64,000 nt of DNA from Candidatus Binatia bacterium. GTDB taxonomy: Bacteria > Desulfobacterota > Binatia > UBA12015. This document shows, piece after piece, positions 37,213-46,900 of this stretch (the first letter of the stretch is position 1; every line of letters begins with the position of its first letter). The DNA lies in assembly GCA_035651755.1 (NCBI GenBank), contig DASRFA010000050.1:40374-104373 (forward strand). Direction: 5' to 3'. The position numbers and the translations under genes were made by a program. The notes beneath the pieces were generated by a model that saw nothing but the letters and a program-made list of their open reading frames with translations, was not told where the DNA came from and ran no database searches.

Positions 37213-39138
37213 TTGCGGGGCGCTCGGCGGCGCCGGCCGCCGCGGATCCGGCCGCAGTCGCTCGGCCTCGCGCTCGCAATCGCGCTCTTCGCGGCCGACG
37301 CGTCGGCGGCGCGCGCAGACGGCCTGACACGCGCGATCGACTACCTGACGATCGCGGCGAACGAGGGCGGCTCGAGCGGAGGCCACGCCGCCATCCGGTT
37401 CGGCGACGAGACCTACCACTTCCAGCACGACGACCTCGGCCTGGTCCGCTCGACGCGCGAGGACTCGCGCGAGTTCCTGGCGGCGTACGCGGTCCTGCAG
37501 AACCGCTCGATGCACGTGGGCCGGATCGCCGTGTCGGAGGAGACGTACGGCGCGCTGCGGGACGCGTTCAACGAGCGCTTCCTCGCGCAGACGCGCGACC
37601 TCGAGCGGCTGGAGTCGCTCAGGCGCGATCGCGATCTCCTGAGCGCGCTCGTCGCGGCGCGCGACCGCCGCGCCGAAGGACCGCTCGTCTCGGTTCCCGC
37701 CGCCGGCTTCTTCTTGGCGGACGCGTCCGACGAGCGGCCGACGGAGGGCGGCGCCGCCCGCGAGTCGCCCGCTCTCGCCCGCTTGCGCGATCGCGTCGCG
37801 CGCGAGCGTGGCGCCGCGTTTCTCTCGGAGCGACGAGCGGCGCTCGCGCGCGACCTCGCGAGCGGCGGCGCCGATGCCGGCGAGCTCCCCCGGCCCGGGA
37901 GCATCGCGGCGCGCTACCTCGATCGTTTCGCGGGCGTCCTCGCGCTCGACGCCCTCGAGCGCGCGCTGCCGCTTCGCGCGAACGCGTACCGGGCGCCCGG
38001 CGACGGGTCGTTCGCGCTCGCGGACGACGAGCGCGCGTGGATCGCGCGCTTCGCCGACGACCTCGAAGCGTCGCTCGCGCGCCTCGCAGCATCCGAGCGA
38101 CCGGGCTGGAGCCGGGCGCTCATCGTCGGAATGGCCCGTCTCGCGGCGCTTCGCGAATCGCTCGACTCGAACAGGCTCGTCGTCCTGGATGCGTACCCCG
38201 CGAATCCACTTCGCCTGGACCGCGCTGCGATCGGCCGTCAGCGTGATCTTCTCCCCGAGCTCGTCCTGGAGGCGCGCGACGATCTCGCGACCGCGCGCGC
38301 ATCGCTTCCGCAAGCGGAGCGGCCGCGCGAGGCGGACTGGACGCGCGTCGAGACCGCGGCGAACCGCGTGCTCGAGCTCGAGCGCGCCGCCTCGTTCGGC
38401 GACGAGCTGCGCGTCGCGCCGCATGCCCTCGTGCCGTCGCGGCCGGCGCGGCGGAAGGCGGCGATCGTGCCGGACCTGGCGGCGGAGAAGCTCGCGCGCG
38501 CGCTCGCCGCGACGAACGATGCGCTGCGCGCCGCCGAGGACGACCTGCGCGCTCGCGCGGGCTACGGCCTCGTCGCGCGCAACTGCGTGACCGAGATCTG
38601 GCGGGTGGTCGACGAGACGCTGGGCGGCGAAGCGGTGGTGTCGCTCGGCGGCCGGCTCGCGCCCGGCGAGCGCTTGACGTTCATCCCGATCGTGTCGGGC
38701 GCGGCGGTGAGCGCGGAGCTGCGGGTGGTCGCGGAAGAGGACGTGCCGTCGTACCGGGCGCTCCGGCTCGCCGCGCTCGCCGAGCGCGACGGCGACCTGC
38801 CGACGCGCCTCCGCGAGTCGACGACGTTCTCGTCCACGATCTCGCCGCGCCCCGGCGAGCGCGACTCGTTCTTCGTGTTCTTCACCGACGGCCTGGCGGC
38901 GGTGCGGCCGGTGCTCGGGGCGGCGAACCTCGCGGCGGCGGTCGGCGCCAGCGTCGCCGGCGTCGCGGTCGCGCCGGTCGACGGCGGGCGCCTCCTCTGG
39001 CGCGGCCTCCGCGGCGCCTTCTTCAGCGCGCCGGAGCTCGCGTTCGTCGCGATCCGGAAGGGGTCGTTCGACTTCGTCCCGCGCCGGGATCGGCCGGAAC
39101 CGGAGACGCTCGATCCGCTGCTCGCGCTCGCGCGCTGA
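37213..39138 (+). CDS. Secreted hypothetical protein, possibly with a DUF4105/Lnb-like N-terminal domain.
   Basis: Signal peptide LGLALAIALFAADASAARA and a GGHAAIRFGDETYHF motif. 641 aa, Ala/Arg-rich. Confidence 0.65.
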   Translation: MRGARRRRPPRIRPQSLGLALAIALFAADASAARADGLTRAIDYLTIAANEGGSSGGHAAIRFGDETYHFQHDDLGLVRSTREDSREFLAAYAVLQNRSMHVGRIAVSEETYGALRDAFNERFLAQTRDLERLESLRRDRDLLSALVAARDRRAEGPLVSVPAAGFFLADASDERPTEGGAARESPALARLRDRVARERGAAFLSERRAALARDLASGGADAGELPRPGSIAARYLDRFAGVLALDALERALPLRANAYRAPGDGSFALADDERAWIARFADDLEASLARLAASERPGWSRALIVGMARLAALRESLDSNRLVVLDAYPANPLRLDRAAIGRQRDLLPELVLEARDDLATARASLPQAERPREADWTRVETAANRVLELERAASFGDELRVAPHALVPSRPARRKAAIVPDLAAEKLARALAATNDALRAAEDDLRARAGYGLVARNCVTEIWRVVDETLGGEAVVSLGGRLAPGERLTFIPIVSGAAVSAELRVVAEEDVPSYRALRLAALAERDGDLPTRLRESTTFSSTISPRPGERDSFFVFFTDGLAAVRPVLGAANLAAAVGASVAGVAVAPVDGGRLLWRGLRGAFFSAPELAFVAIRKGSFDFVPRRDRPEPETLDPLLALAR

Positions 39139-39169
39139 CGAGCCGGCGTCTGGCGGCCGACGTGGCCCC

Positions 39170-41398
39170 TTGATATCGCGGGCGGCGATGTCGTCCGCGA
39201 CGTCCTGGTTCGGCGGCTTGCGTCCGCTCGCAGCGGTCGCGTACGCGCTCGTCGCCTCGTCGCTCGTGTTCGCTCTTGCGGGATGCAGCGATCGCGCGGC
39301 GCCGGGCGGCGCCGACGTTCGCGTCGAGCACCTGGGCGATCGGACGCGCATCGTCGGACGCGAGGCGACGGTCGAGATCGCGCACGCGCCGTTCCGCATT
39401 TCGGTCTCCGATCGCGACGGTGCGGTGCTCGCGAGCCAGACCGCGACCGGCGGTCTCTTCTTCGAGCGCTCCGGCGGACGCTTCGACCTCCGCTCCGTGG
39501 ACTCGGAGAGCGACGTGGAAGGCGGCGTCGCTCTCGACGTCTCGACGAGCGAGGAGGATCCGCTCGCCGGCGTTTCGGCGCCGGCGTCGGTGACCGTGCG
39601 CTTCGCGAGCGCGCGCACCGTCGAGGTCGTGTTCGCGCCCGCGGCCCCGACGAGCGTGGTCGCGCTCGGAGCGCGCTGGGATTCGCGTTCCGACGAGGCG
39701 ATCTACGGCTTGACGGAGCGCCTCCGGGACGCGCCGCCGTTCGCGCCCGGGACGATCGACATCCCGGTCGACGACGTGCGGCCGCCGGAGGTCGGATCGC
39801 TGAATCGCCGCGGCGAGACCGTCGCGATGTTCGTCACCCCGACCTTCTCGCTGTACGCGCCGTTCTACCAGAGCTCCCGCGGCTACGGCCTCGCCGTGCA
39901 GGGGACGATGCCCGGAGCATTCGACGTCGCGTCCACCGAGAGCGACGTGCTGAGCTTCCGGTTCGAGACCGGGACGCGGCCCGAGAACCAGCGGCTCGCG
40001 TTCGACCTGTACGTCGGTCCCGAGTACGCGACGATCCTCGACGAGTACACCGCGCGCTTCGGCCGACCGTTCGTGCCGCCCGACTGGGCTTTCCTCAACT
40101 GGCGCTGGCGCGGCGAGCTCGAGGTCGCCGACCCCGCGGTCCTCGACGGCACGCCGGTGAACGCAGAGTTCGCCGAGGACGTGTCGATGTTCGACGACCT
40201 CGGCATCCCGCCCGGCGTCTACCTGTTCGATCGCCCGGTGTTCCCGGGGAACTACGGCTTCGCGCGCTTCGCGTGGGACGAGACGCGCCTCCCGAACCCG
40301 GGCGCGATGCTCGCAGCGCTCGATCGGCGCGGCTACCGGACGATGATCTGGAGCTCGACGTGGACGTGCGGCTCCGAGCCGGGCGACAACGGCCTCGAAG
40401 CGCAGGCGCGCGGCTTCCTTGCCCCCGGCTCCGCGGGCCCGCCGAGCTGCGCCGACGTCGGCGGCACGAGCTTCATCCTCGACGTGACGAATGCCGACGC
40501 GCGCGAGTGGTGGAAGGAGAAGGTGCGCGACTTCGTCGCCGCCTGGGGCATCGACGGCATCAAGCTCGACCGCGGCGAGGAGCACATCCCGTCAGCGGCG
40601 TCGGACCTCTGGGCGGACGGCCGCACCGGCCGCGAGGTGCACAACGACTACGTGAACATCCAGACGAAGCTGCACAACGAGGCGCTGCGCGAGGCGCACC
40701 CGGACGGCGACTTCGTGCTCTTCACGCGCTCGGGCTACGCGGGGGCGCAGCAGTGGGCGGTCGTCTGGGGAGGCGACATCCCGGGCAGCGAGCTGTTCGG
40801 CGGCGGCCCCGGAACGGATCTCGGTCTCCGCAGCGCGATCATCAGCCAGCAGCGCGCCGCGTTCATGGGCTTCCCGATCTGGGGCTCGGACACGGGCGGG
40901 TACTACGAGTTCAAGGACCGCGACGTGTTCGCGCGCTGGATCGAGTTCAGCGCGTTCTCCGGGATCATGGAGATCGGCGGCGTCGGCCCGCACGCGCCGT
41001 GGACGATGCCGACCGAGCCGTCGTACGACGCGGAGATGATCGAGATCTACCGTCGGTACACCGTCTTGCGCTCGGCGCTGCAGCCGTACGTGGTCGCGGC
41101 CGCGCGCGAGGCGGGCGAGAGCGGGATGCCGATCGTGCGGCCGATGCCGTTCGCCGATCGCAGCGACCCGGCGCTGCGCGATCTGTGGGACGAGTACCTG
41201 TTCGGGCCCGACCTGCTCGTCGCGCCGGTCTGGCGGATCGGCGAGCGAGCGCGGAGCGTCTACTTCCCGCGCGGCCGCTGGCGGAGCTACTGGAACGCCT
41301 CCGAGGTGCACCAGGGCGGCACCACGGCCACCGTCGAGGCACCGCTCGACGTGATCCCGGTGTTCGTCCGGGACGGCGCCGAGGTGCCGGGACCGTAG
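39170..41398 (+). CDS. Glycoside hydrolase family 31 (α-glucosidase/α-xylosidase-like) lipoprotein.
   Basis: Lipobox LVFALAGCSD. The GH31 catalytic blocks are GIDGIKLDRGEE (nucleophile region), VHNDYV, and FVLFTRSGYAGAQQWAVVWGGDI (acid/base). Confidence 0.85.
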   Translation: MISRAAMSSATSWFGGLRPLAAVAYALVASSLVFALAGCSDRAAPGGADVRVEHLGDRTRIVGREATVEIAHAPFRISVSDRDGAVLASQTATGGLFFERSGGRFDLRSVDSESDVEGGVALDVSTSEEDPLAGVSAPASVTVRFASARTVEVVFAPAAPTSVVALGARWDSRSDEAIYGLTERLRDAPPFAPGTIDIPVDDVRPPEVGSLNRRGETVAMFVTPTFSLYAPFYQSSRGYGLAVQGTMPGAFDVASTESDVLSFRFETGTRPENQRLAFDLYVGPEYATILDEYTARFGRPFVPPDWAFLNWRWRGELEVADPAVLDGTPVNAEFAEDVSMFDDLGIPPGVYLFDRPVFPGNYGFARFAWDETRLPNPGAMLAALDRRGYRTMIWSSTWTCGSEPGDNGLEAQARGFLAPGSAGPPSCADVGGTSFILDVTNADAREWWKEKVRDFVAAWGIDGIKLDRGEEHIPSAASDLWADGRTGREVHNDYVNIQTKLHNEALREAHPDGDFVLFTRSGYAGAQQWAVVWGGDIPGSELFGGGPGTDLGLRSAIISQQRAAFMGFPIWGSDTGGYYEFKDRDVFARWIEFSAFSGIMEIGGVGPHAPWTMPTEPSYDAEMIEIYRRYTVLRSALQPYVVAAAREAGESGMPIVRPMPFADRSDPALRDLWDEYLFGPDLLVAPVWRIGERARSVYFPRGRWRSYWNASEVHQGGTTATVEAPLDVIPVFVRDGAEVPGP

Positions 41399-41408
41399 CG
41401 GCGGCCGT

Positions 41409-42056
41409 TCACGTGGTTCGACGGACGCGGAGGCAGACTTGACGGACCGTCTCGACCGTCCGCTTCGCGAACGGCGTGCCGGCGACGAAGCTCGAGAACG
41501 CGCGGAAGCCGACGCCGTCGATCAGCACCATCGCTTCGAGGTCGCGATGGCCGGGCTCGCCGTCGAAGTCCCAGGCGGCGTAGACCGGCGTGAAGATCGA
41601 TCCCATCGAGTGCCCGCCCAGGATGACGCCGCGCCTTCCGCCGTCGCGCGCGGCGAGCACGACCGCGCGCACGTCGCGGATCGGCACGTTGAGGCCCCAC
41701 TCGCGCACGAAGGGTGCGTCGTCCGGCTCGACGGGATCGATCGTCCACACCTGGAGGCCGGGCACGCGCGCGACCAGCTCGGGTGCGAGCGACGTGTAGT
41801 TGCCTTGCCCCGACGGCGAGCCGGCGTTGAGGACGAGCACGTGCTTCGCGTCGCGCGGGCCGTACTTTCGGACGAAGACGCAGTCGTAGATTTCCGGGCC
41901 GGGACCGTGCGGCACCGCGAACGCGGTTCGTTCGCCGTCGAAGCTCTGCGCCTCGGCCGGCGCGGGTGCGAAACCGGCCAGCGGATGAAGGCCGAGGGTC
42001 GCGAGGAGCCCCCACGACCAGAACGTTCGCTTGGTCGATCCGATCAGGGTCGGCAT
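41409..42056 (-). CDS. Secreted α/β-hydrolase (lipase/esterase-like, GHSMG nucleophile elbow).
   Basis: Only the last 215 codons of ORF 41409..43904 are protein-like: MPTLIGSTKRTFWSWGLLATLGLHPLAGFAPAPAEA is a signal peptide and VILGGHSMGSIF is a GxSxG motif. GAGGAA RBS. Confidence 0.75.
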   Translation of the reverse strand: MPTLIGSTKRTFWSWGLLATLGLHPLAGFAPAPAEAQSFDGERTAFAVPHGPGPEIYDCVFVRKYGPRDAKHVLVLNAGSPSGQGNYTSLAPELVARVPGLQVWTIDPVEPDDAPFVREWGLNVPIRDVRAVVLAARDGGRRGVILGGHSMGSIFTPVYAAWDFDGEPGHRDLEAMVLIDGVGFRAFSSFVAGTPFAKRTVETVRQVCLRVRRTT

Positions 42057-42182
42057 CCGCGATTCCTCTGCATGGATTCGCCGGCTCTCGACGAGCCGCC
42101 TTAGCGGTCTCCCGACGTGTGCCGCGGGCGAGCTTGACCGCTCGCCGGCGCCCGCATAGTCGGTCTCGCTCTGCCTGAACGA

Positions 42183-43529
42183 TTGGAGTGCGACGTCTGC
42201 GTGGTCGGCGCGGGATTCGCCGGCTTGACGGCCGCGCGTCGGCTGAGCCAGGCGGGAAAGTCGGTCGTCGTCCTCGAGGCGCGCGACCGGGTGGGCGGTC
42301 GAATCTGGACGCACCATCTGCCGGATGGCTCGGCGGTGGATCGCGGCGGCGGATGGCTCGGTCCACGGCACGACGCGATCTTCCGCCTCGCTGCCGAGAC
42401 CGGCGTCACGACCTACAGGACGTGGGTGAAGGGCGCGCACCTTCTCGTCGACGACGGACGCGTGCGCCGCTACACCGGGCTCATCCCGAAGATCGGTCCG
42501 CTCGCCGTGCTGACGGTCGTGCTCGCGCAGTGGCGGATCAACCGGATGGCGCGGCAGGTCCCGCTCGACGCGCCGTGGACCGCCGCGCGCGCGGCGGAGT
42601 GGGATGCGCGCTCCATCGCGTCGTGGATCGACCAGTCCGGGATCCGCCCGAAGATCGCTCGCGACCTGTTCGAGTCGGCGGTGCGCGGCCTCATGACGTC
42701 CGACCTCTCGGAGGCGTCGTTGCTCCATCTGCTCTTCCTCGCCCACTCGCACGGGAGCATCGACACGCTCTTCTCGATCGAGAACGGCGCCCAGGAGAAC
42801 ATGGTGGAGGGCGGACTGGGCTCGATCGCGCGACGGATCGCCGACGCGCTCGGCGGATCCGTCCGGCTCGGCACCCCGGTGCGCGCGATCACCCAGCGCG
42901 ACGATCGGGTGCTCGTCGCCGGCGACGAGCTCGAGGTCTCCGCGCGGAGGGCGGTCGTGTCCGTGCCGCCGGCGCTCGCTCTCGGGATCGCGTTCGCCCC
43001 GCCGCTTCCCGACGACCGGACGGCGCTCTATCGCAACGCGATCGGCGGCTGGGAGACCAAGACGCTCGTCGTGTACGAAGAGCCGTTCTGGCGAAGCGAC
43101 GGCCTGAGCGGCCAGACGGCCGGACCGCGATCGGCCGCGGAGGTCACGCTGGACGCGAGCTCGTCGTCCGGAAGCCCGGGCGTCATCGCGTCGTTCACCT
43201 TCGGGCCGGTGGCGCAGCGCATGGAATCGCTCGATGCCGGCGCGCGGCGGCAGGCGGTGATCGACGCGCTCGCTGCTCGACTCGGCCCTCGCGCGGCGAA
43301 GCCGTCGGACTTCGTCGAGACCTCGTGGTGGAAGGAGGAGTGGTCGCGCGGATGCTCGATGGCGCACTTCACGCTCGGCACGCTCACGCGCCACGGACGA
43401 CTGCTGCGGGAGCCGTTCGGACGCGTGCACTGGGCCGGCACCGAGACGGCGACGGTCTCGCACGGCGCGGTCGACGGTGCCGTTCGCTCCGGCGAGCGCG
43501 TCGCGGCGGAGATCCTCGATCGGGCGTAG
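42183..43529 (+). CDS. Flavin-containing amine oxidase (FAD-dependent).
   Basis: MECDVCVVGAGFAGLTAARRLSQAGKSVVVLEARDRVGGRI is the classical amine-oxidase N-terminus. 448 aa. Confidence 0.85.
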   Translation: MECDVCVVGAGFAGLTAARRLSQAGKSVVVLEARDRVGGRIWTHHLPDGSAVDRGGGWLGPRHDAIFRLAAETGVTTYRTWVKGAHLLVDDGRVRRYTGLIPKIGPLAVLTVVLAQWRINRMARQVPLDAPWTAARAAEWDARSIASWIDQSGIRPKIARDLFESAVRGLMTSDLSEASLLHLLFLAHSHGSIDTLFSIENGAQENMVEGGLGSIARRIADALGGSVRLGTPVRAITQRDDRVLVAGDELEVSARRAVVSVPPALALGIAFAPPLPDDRTALYRNAIGGWETKTLVVYEEPFWRSDGLSGQTAGPRSAAEVTLDASSSSGSPGVIASFTFGPVAQRMESLDAGARRQAVIDALAARLGPRAAKPSDFVETSWWKEEWSRGCSMAHFTLGTLTRHGRLLREPFGRVHWAGTETATVSHGAVDGAVRSGERVAAEILDRA

Positions 43530-43636
43530 CTTGCGCCGGATGGTCGCTGCGCTCGCTCTACGTCGCGCACGTCTTCTTCCTTCTCGGTTGGTCGGTCGTG
43601 TCCGGGCGGATCGTGCGACGTCCACGGCGGCGACGC

Positions 43637-44050
43637 TCAGTGATGCGCGACGCCCTCGACCCTTCCCGTCAGGCGGTCGAGTGCCTGCTGCCAGATCAGC
43701 TCGGGATCGAAGCGCTCCGCCGTCCATGCGTTGGTGTAGAGCGCCCCGGCGTCTCTGAACCCCGTCATGATTCGCAGAGGCTCGGGCGACCGGACGAAGC
43801 GCCGGAGGTCCTCGGGCGCACGCCAGATCGAGACGGAGACTTGCCGTCGGCCGAACTTGAACGAAGCGAACCAGAGACCCAGCGCGCCCTCGGTCCGACG
43901 CCATCGGCTGCGGAGGCGCAAGCCTTCGCGCGCGACGCGCGGGACATCGCGAAGCCGGTGGATCAGGTAGTCGTTCATGCTCACGTGGACGGGGCCGGTC
44001 CCGGGATCCAGCGAGCCGCTCTTCCAGATCGCGTTCAGTCGGAACGGCAT
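43637..44050 (-). CDS. DUF3291-domain protein.
   Basis: MPFRLNAIWKSGSLDPGTGPVHVSMNDYLIHRLRD...WRAPEDLRRFV. GGAGGTG RBS. Internal ATG of ORF 43637..44212. Confidence 0.7.
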   Translation of the reverse strand: MPFRLNAIWKSGSLDPGTGPVHVSMNDYLIHRLRDVPRVAREGLRLRSRWRRTEGALGLWFASFKFGRRQVSVSIWRAPEDLRRFVRSPEPLRIMTGFRDAGALYTNAWTAERFDPELIWQQALDRLTGRVEGVAHH

Positions 44051-44054
44051 TGCA

Positions 44055-44100
44055 CCTCCGATACGACCGTATCGTAGATCCAATACGATTGTATCGTCAA
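44055..44100. promoter_or_regulatory. Operator-like repeat array in the divergent DUF3291/TetR promoter region.
   Basis: CGATACgaccGTATCG (6-bp inverted arms), ATCGTAgatccaaTACGAT (6-bp inverted arms) and ACGATtgtATCGT. Together these make two direct copies of ATACGAnnGTATCGT about 22 bp apart. Confidence 0.45.
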
Positions 44101-44187
44101 GTGGAGACGGCGTGCTGCTGTGCCGAGCCTCGACGCCGCCGGCCCCGTCGGCGTATCTTCGTCGTCCGGCGAGCCCCGCCGCCCCGC

Positions 44188-44814
44188 ATGGCTGCCCGAT
44201 CACCGAAAGCATCCACCTACGAGCGCATCCGCGCGGCCGCTCTGGAGGGGTTCGCGCGGAAAGGTGCTGCCGCGACCTCGATCCGCGACGTCGCGGCCGC
44301 GGCGCGCGTCTCGCCCGGCCTCGTGCAGCACTACTTCCCGTCCAAGACCGCCCTGCGCGCGGCCGTGGACCAGCACGTCACCCAGCTGGCGCGCGGCGCG
44401 CTCTCGGTACGCGAGGTCGAAGGCGACGTCGTCGAGGACATCGCGCAGCGGGTCACCAGTCTCGTGTCCGACCATTTCCTCGCGCTGCTCTACGTCGCGC
44501 GCGGCGTCGCCGAGAAGGACGAGGCGGCGATGGCGATCTTCGACACGCTGACGAAGCTCTGTCGCGACCAGCTCGCCGCGTTCCAGCGGCGCGGGATGCT
44601 GCGCGCCGATCTCGACCTCGAGTGGGCCGCGCTCCACACCGTGCTCATCAACCTCGGGACCGTGATCATGGAGCCGGGCGTCAGCCGGCAGCTCGGCCGT
44701 CCGTTTCTCACGAAGCCGCAGCTGAAGCGGTGGAAGGAAGCGACGACGGCGCTCTTCGTCGTCGGCGAGCTGCGACGGAGGCGCCCGCGGCGATCCAGCC
44801 GGCGAGCGCATTGA
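44188..44814 (+). CDS. TetR/AcrR-family transcriptional regulator.
   Basis: YERIRAAALEGFARKGAAATSIRDVAAAARVSPGLVQHYFPSK is a TetR HTH. 208 aa. Internal ATG of ORF 44050..44814. Confidence 0.85.
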   Translation: MAARSPKASTYERIRAAALEGFARKGAAATSIRDVAAAARVSPGLVQHYFPSKTALRAAVDQHVTQLARGALSVREVEGDVVEDIAQRVTSLVSDHFLALLYVARGVAEKDEAAMAIFDTLTKLCRDQLAAFQRRGMLRADLDLEWAALHTVLINLGTVIMEPGVSRQLGRPFLTKPQLKRWKEATTALFVVGELRRRRPRRSSRRAH

Positions 44815-44846
44815 CCGCCGGCGGTCCCGCCGTGCTAGCTTCGGGC

Positions 44847-45731
44847 GTGGCGGCCGCTGAGAGCGCGAGGCCTTCCGCTTGGGCGACGTTCCGCATCGCG
44901 CGGTGCGCGACCGCCGTCGCGCTCGCCGCCCTCGCGCTCGCGGGCTGCGACCGCTCGCGCGGCACGGCGGGCGGCGCAGCGAGCTCGAGCGCGACGAAGC
45001 TGCGCGATCGGGCGATCGCCGCCGCCGGCGGCCGCGAGCGCTGGGCCGCCATCGAGGACGTCGCCTATGCGAGCACGTTCATCCTGTACGGCCCGATGGG
45101 AGAGGTCCGCTCCGAGACGATCGGCATCCAGAAGGAGCCGCTCCACGGGTCGCCGCCGCGCGTTCGGTTCGAGCCCCTCGGCATGGTCGAGCCGCTCGTC
45201 CTCGGGTTCGACGGCAAGGAGGCGTGGGCGTTTCGCGGCCCGCGGCCGCTCGCGGAGGAAGACCGCCTGGTGTTCTCGCGCTTCAACATGCTCAGCAACG
45301 CGTTCTGGTTCTCGCTGCCGTTCAGCCTGGCCGAGATGCCGGTGGCCCTGGAGGATCTCGGACCCGAGCGCGCGGACGACGTCACGCTGGATCGCCTGAA
45401 GGTCAAGCTCGACAAGGGCGCGTCGGAGGCGCCGCTCGACTGGGTCGTCCTCTACCTCGACGCGCGCACGGGTCTGATCGACCGGGTCCTCGCGCACCTG
45501 ACCGCGTCGTTCCTTCCGCACGACCTCTGGCTCGGGCGGTGGCTCGAGTTCCAGGAGTGGGACGGGATCAAGAAGGAGCGCCGCCGCCAGTTCTACCCGG
45601 CCGACGACAGCGGGCACCCGATCGGCGGGCTCGTCGTCGACCAGTTCATCGAGGACGTGCGCTTCAACAACCACTTCCCGGACGCGATCTTCAACAAGCC
45701 CCTCGCGATTCGCGGCGAGAACGAAGCATAA
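44847..45731 (+). CDS. Lipoprotein, hypothetical (LolA/LppX-like?).
   Basis: GTG start inside ORF 43977..45731: (M)AAAESARPSAWATFRIARCATAVALAALALAGCD has a lipobox, and a ~280-aa protein-like C-terminal region follows. Confidence 0.6.
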   Translation: MAAAESARPSAWATFRIARCATAVALAALALAGCDRSRGTAGGAASSSATKLRDRAIAAAGGRERWAAIEDVAYASTFILYGPMGEVRSETIGIQKEPLHGSPPRVRFEPLGMVEPLVLGFDGKEAWAFRGPRPLAEEDRLVFSRFNMLSNAFWFSLPFSLAEMPVALEDLGPERADDVTLDRLKVKLDKGASEAPLDWVVLYLDARTGLIDRVLAHLTASFLPHDLWLGRWLEFQEWDGIKKERRRQFYPADDSGHPIGGLVVDQFIEDVRFNNHFPDAIFNKPLAIRGENEA

Positions 45732-45738
45732 CGACCGC

Positions 45739-46608
45739 ATGGCGGACGACGATCGCGATCCCCCGGACGTGCGCGGCCTCACGCGACGCGCATTCGTCGC
45801 CGCGTCGCTCGCGGCCGGATTCGCGGCGGCGGTCGCGCCGGAGGTCGGCCATGCGACGGTGACGACGGACGCGGACGGGCTCGAGGCGGGCGCGGTCGAG
45901 ATCCCGACCGCCGGCGACGAGAAGACTCCCGCCTACCGCGCGGTCCCGAACGGCGCCGACCGCCGTCCAATCGTGCTCGTCGTCCAGGAGATCTTCGGCG
46001 TCCACGAGCACATCCGCGACGTCTGCCGGCGGCTCGCCAAGCGCGGCTACTTCGCGGTCGCGACCGAGCTCTTCGCGCGACAGGGCGACGTCTCCAAGAT
46101 GACCGACGTCCAGGAGATCGTCTCGAAGGTCGTCGCGAAGGTCCCGGACGATCAGGTGATGAAGGACCTCGACGCGACGGTCGACTGGGCCGTCAAGTCT
46201 GGCCGCGCCGACGTGGCGAAGCTCGGCATCACCGGCTTCTGCTGGGGCGGCCGGATCGTCTGGCTCTACGCCGCGCACAGCGCCCGCTTGAAGGCTGGCG
46301 TCGCGTGGTACGGCCGGCTCGCGACGCCGCCGGATGCGCTCCATCCGAAGGGCCCGCTCGACGTCGCGGCGCGGCTGAAGGCCCCCGTCCTCGGCCTCTA
46401 CGGCGGCGCCGACACCGGGATCCCGATGAAGGACGTCGAGGCGATGCGGAGCGCCCTCGCGGCTGCGAAGAGCCCGTCCGAGATCGTCGTCTATCCGGAG
46501 GCGGGGCACGCGTTCTTCGCGGACTACCGGCCGTCGTACCGTCCGGACGACGCCGCCGACGGGTGGAAGCGGATGCTCGCCTGGCTAGAGCGCTTCGGCG
46601 TCGCCTGA
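45739..46608 (+). CDS. Dienelactone hydrolase-family protein with a Tat signal.
   Basis: Tat signal RRAFVAASLAAGFAAAVAPEVGHA, then IVLVVQEIFGVHEHIRDVCRRLA...GITGFCWGG...EAGHAF. Confidence 0.85.
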   Translation: MADDDRDPPDVRGLTRRAFVAASLAAGFAAAVAPEVGHATVTTDADGLEAGAVEIPTAGDEKTPAYRAVPNGADRRPIVLVVQEIFGVHEHIRDVCRRLAKRGYFAVATELFARQGDVSKMTDVQEIVSKVVAKVPDDQVMKDLDATVDWAVKSGRADVAKLGITGFCWGGRIVWLYAAHSARLKAGVAWYGRLATPPDALHPKGPLDVAARLKAPVLGLYGGADTGIPMKDVEAMRSALAAAKSPSEIVVYPEAGHAFFADYRPSYRPDDAADGWKRMLAWLERFGVA

Positions 46609-46632
46609 CCGTCGCGGGCGCGGAGGAGGTCC

Positions 46633-46875
46633 ATGGCGGTACGCAGGCGCCGGAGAGTTCGAAGACACGAGGTCCGTGCTCAGCTGAGCGTCCTCGAGCT
46701 GACGAAGACCGGGACGTCGCTCGATCTGGAGATTTTCGCGTCCGGTGAGAAGATCGGAACTCTCCAGATCGGCCGGGGATCCCTGCGCTGGCGCGGCGGC
46801 AAGGGGCAGCTGAGCAAGCGAATCAACTGGTCGCGCTTCGCCCAGCACATGGACGAGCTCGCGTATCGCGACTGA
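46633..46875 (+). CDS. Small hypothetical protein of 80 aa.
   Basis: Strong GGAGGAGG RBS, lower GC, protein-like sequence (…LSVLELTKTGTSLDLEIFASGEKIGTLQIGRGSLRWRGGKGQLSKRINWSRFAQHMDELAYRD). Confidence 0.5.
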   Translation: MAVRRRRRVRRHEVRAQLSVLELTKTGTSLDLEIFASGEKIGTLQIGRGSLRWRGGKGQLSKRINWSRFAQHMDELAYRD

Positions 46876-46900
46876 TGCGGCGTCGCACCGAGGGAGCTCC

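Noticed and set aside
41409-43904. 831-aa minus-strand ORF as a single protein.
   Set aside because: Only the last 215 codons, a signal peptide plus an α/β-hydrolase with GHSMG, are credible. The rest is antisense to the amine oxidase gene.
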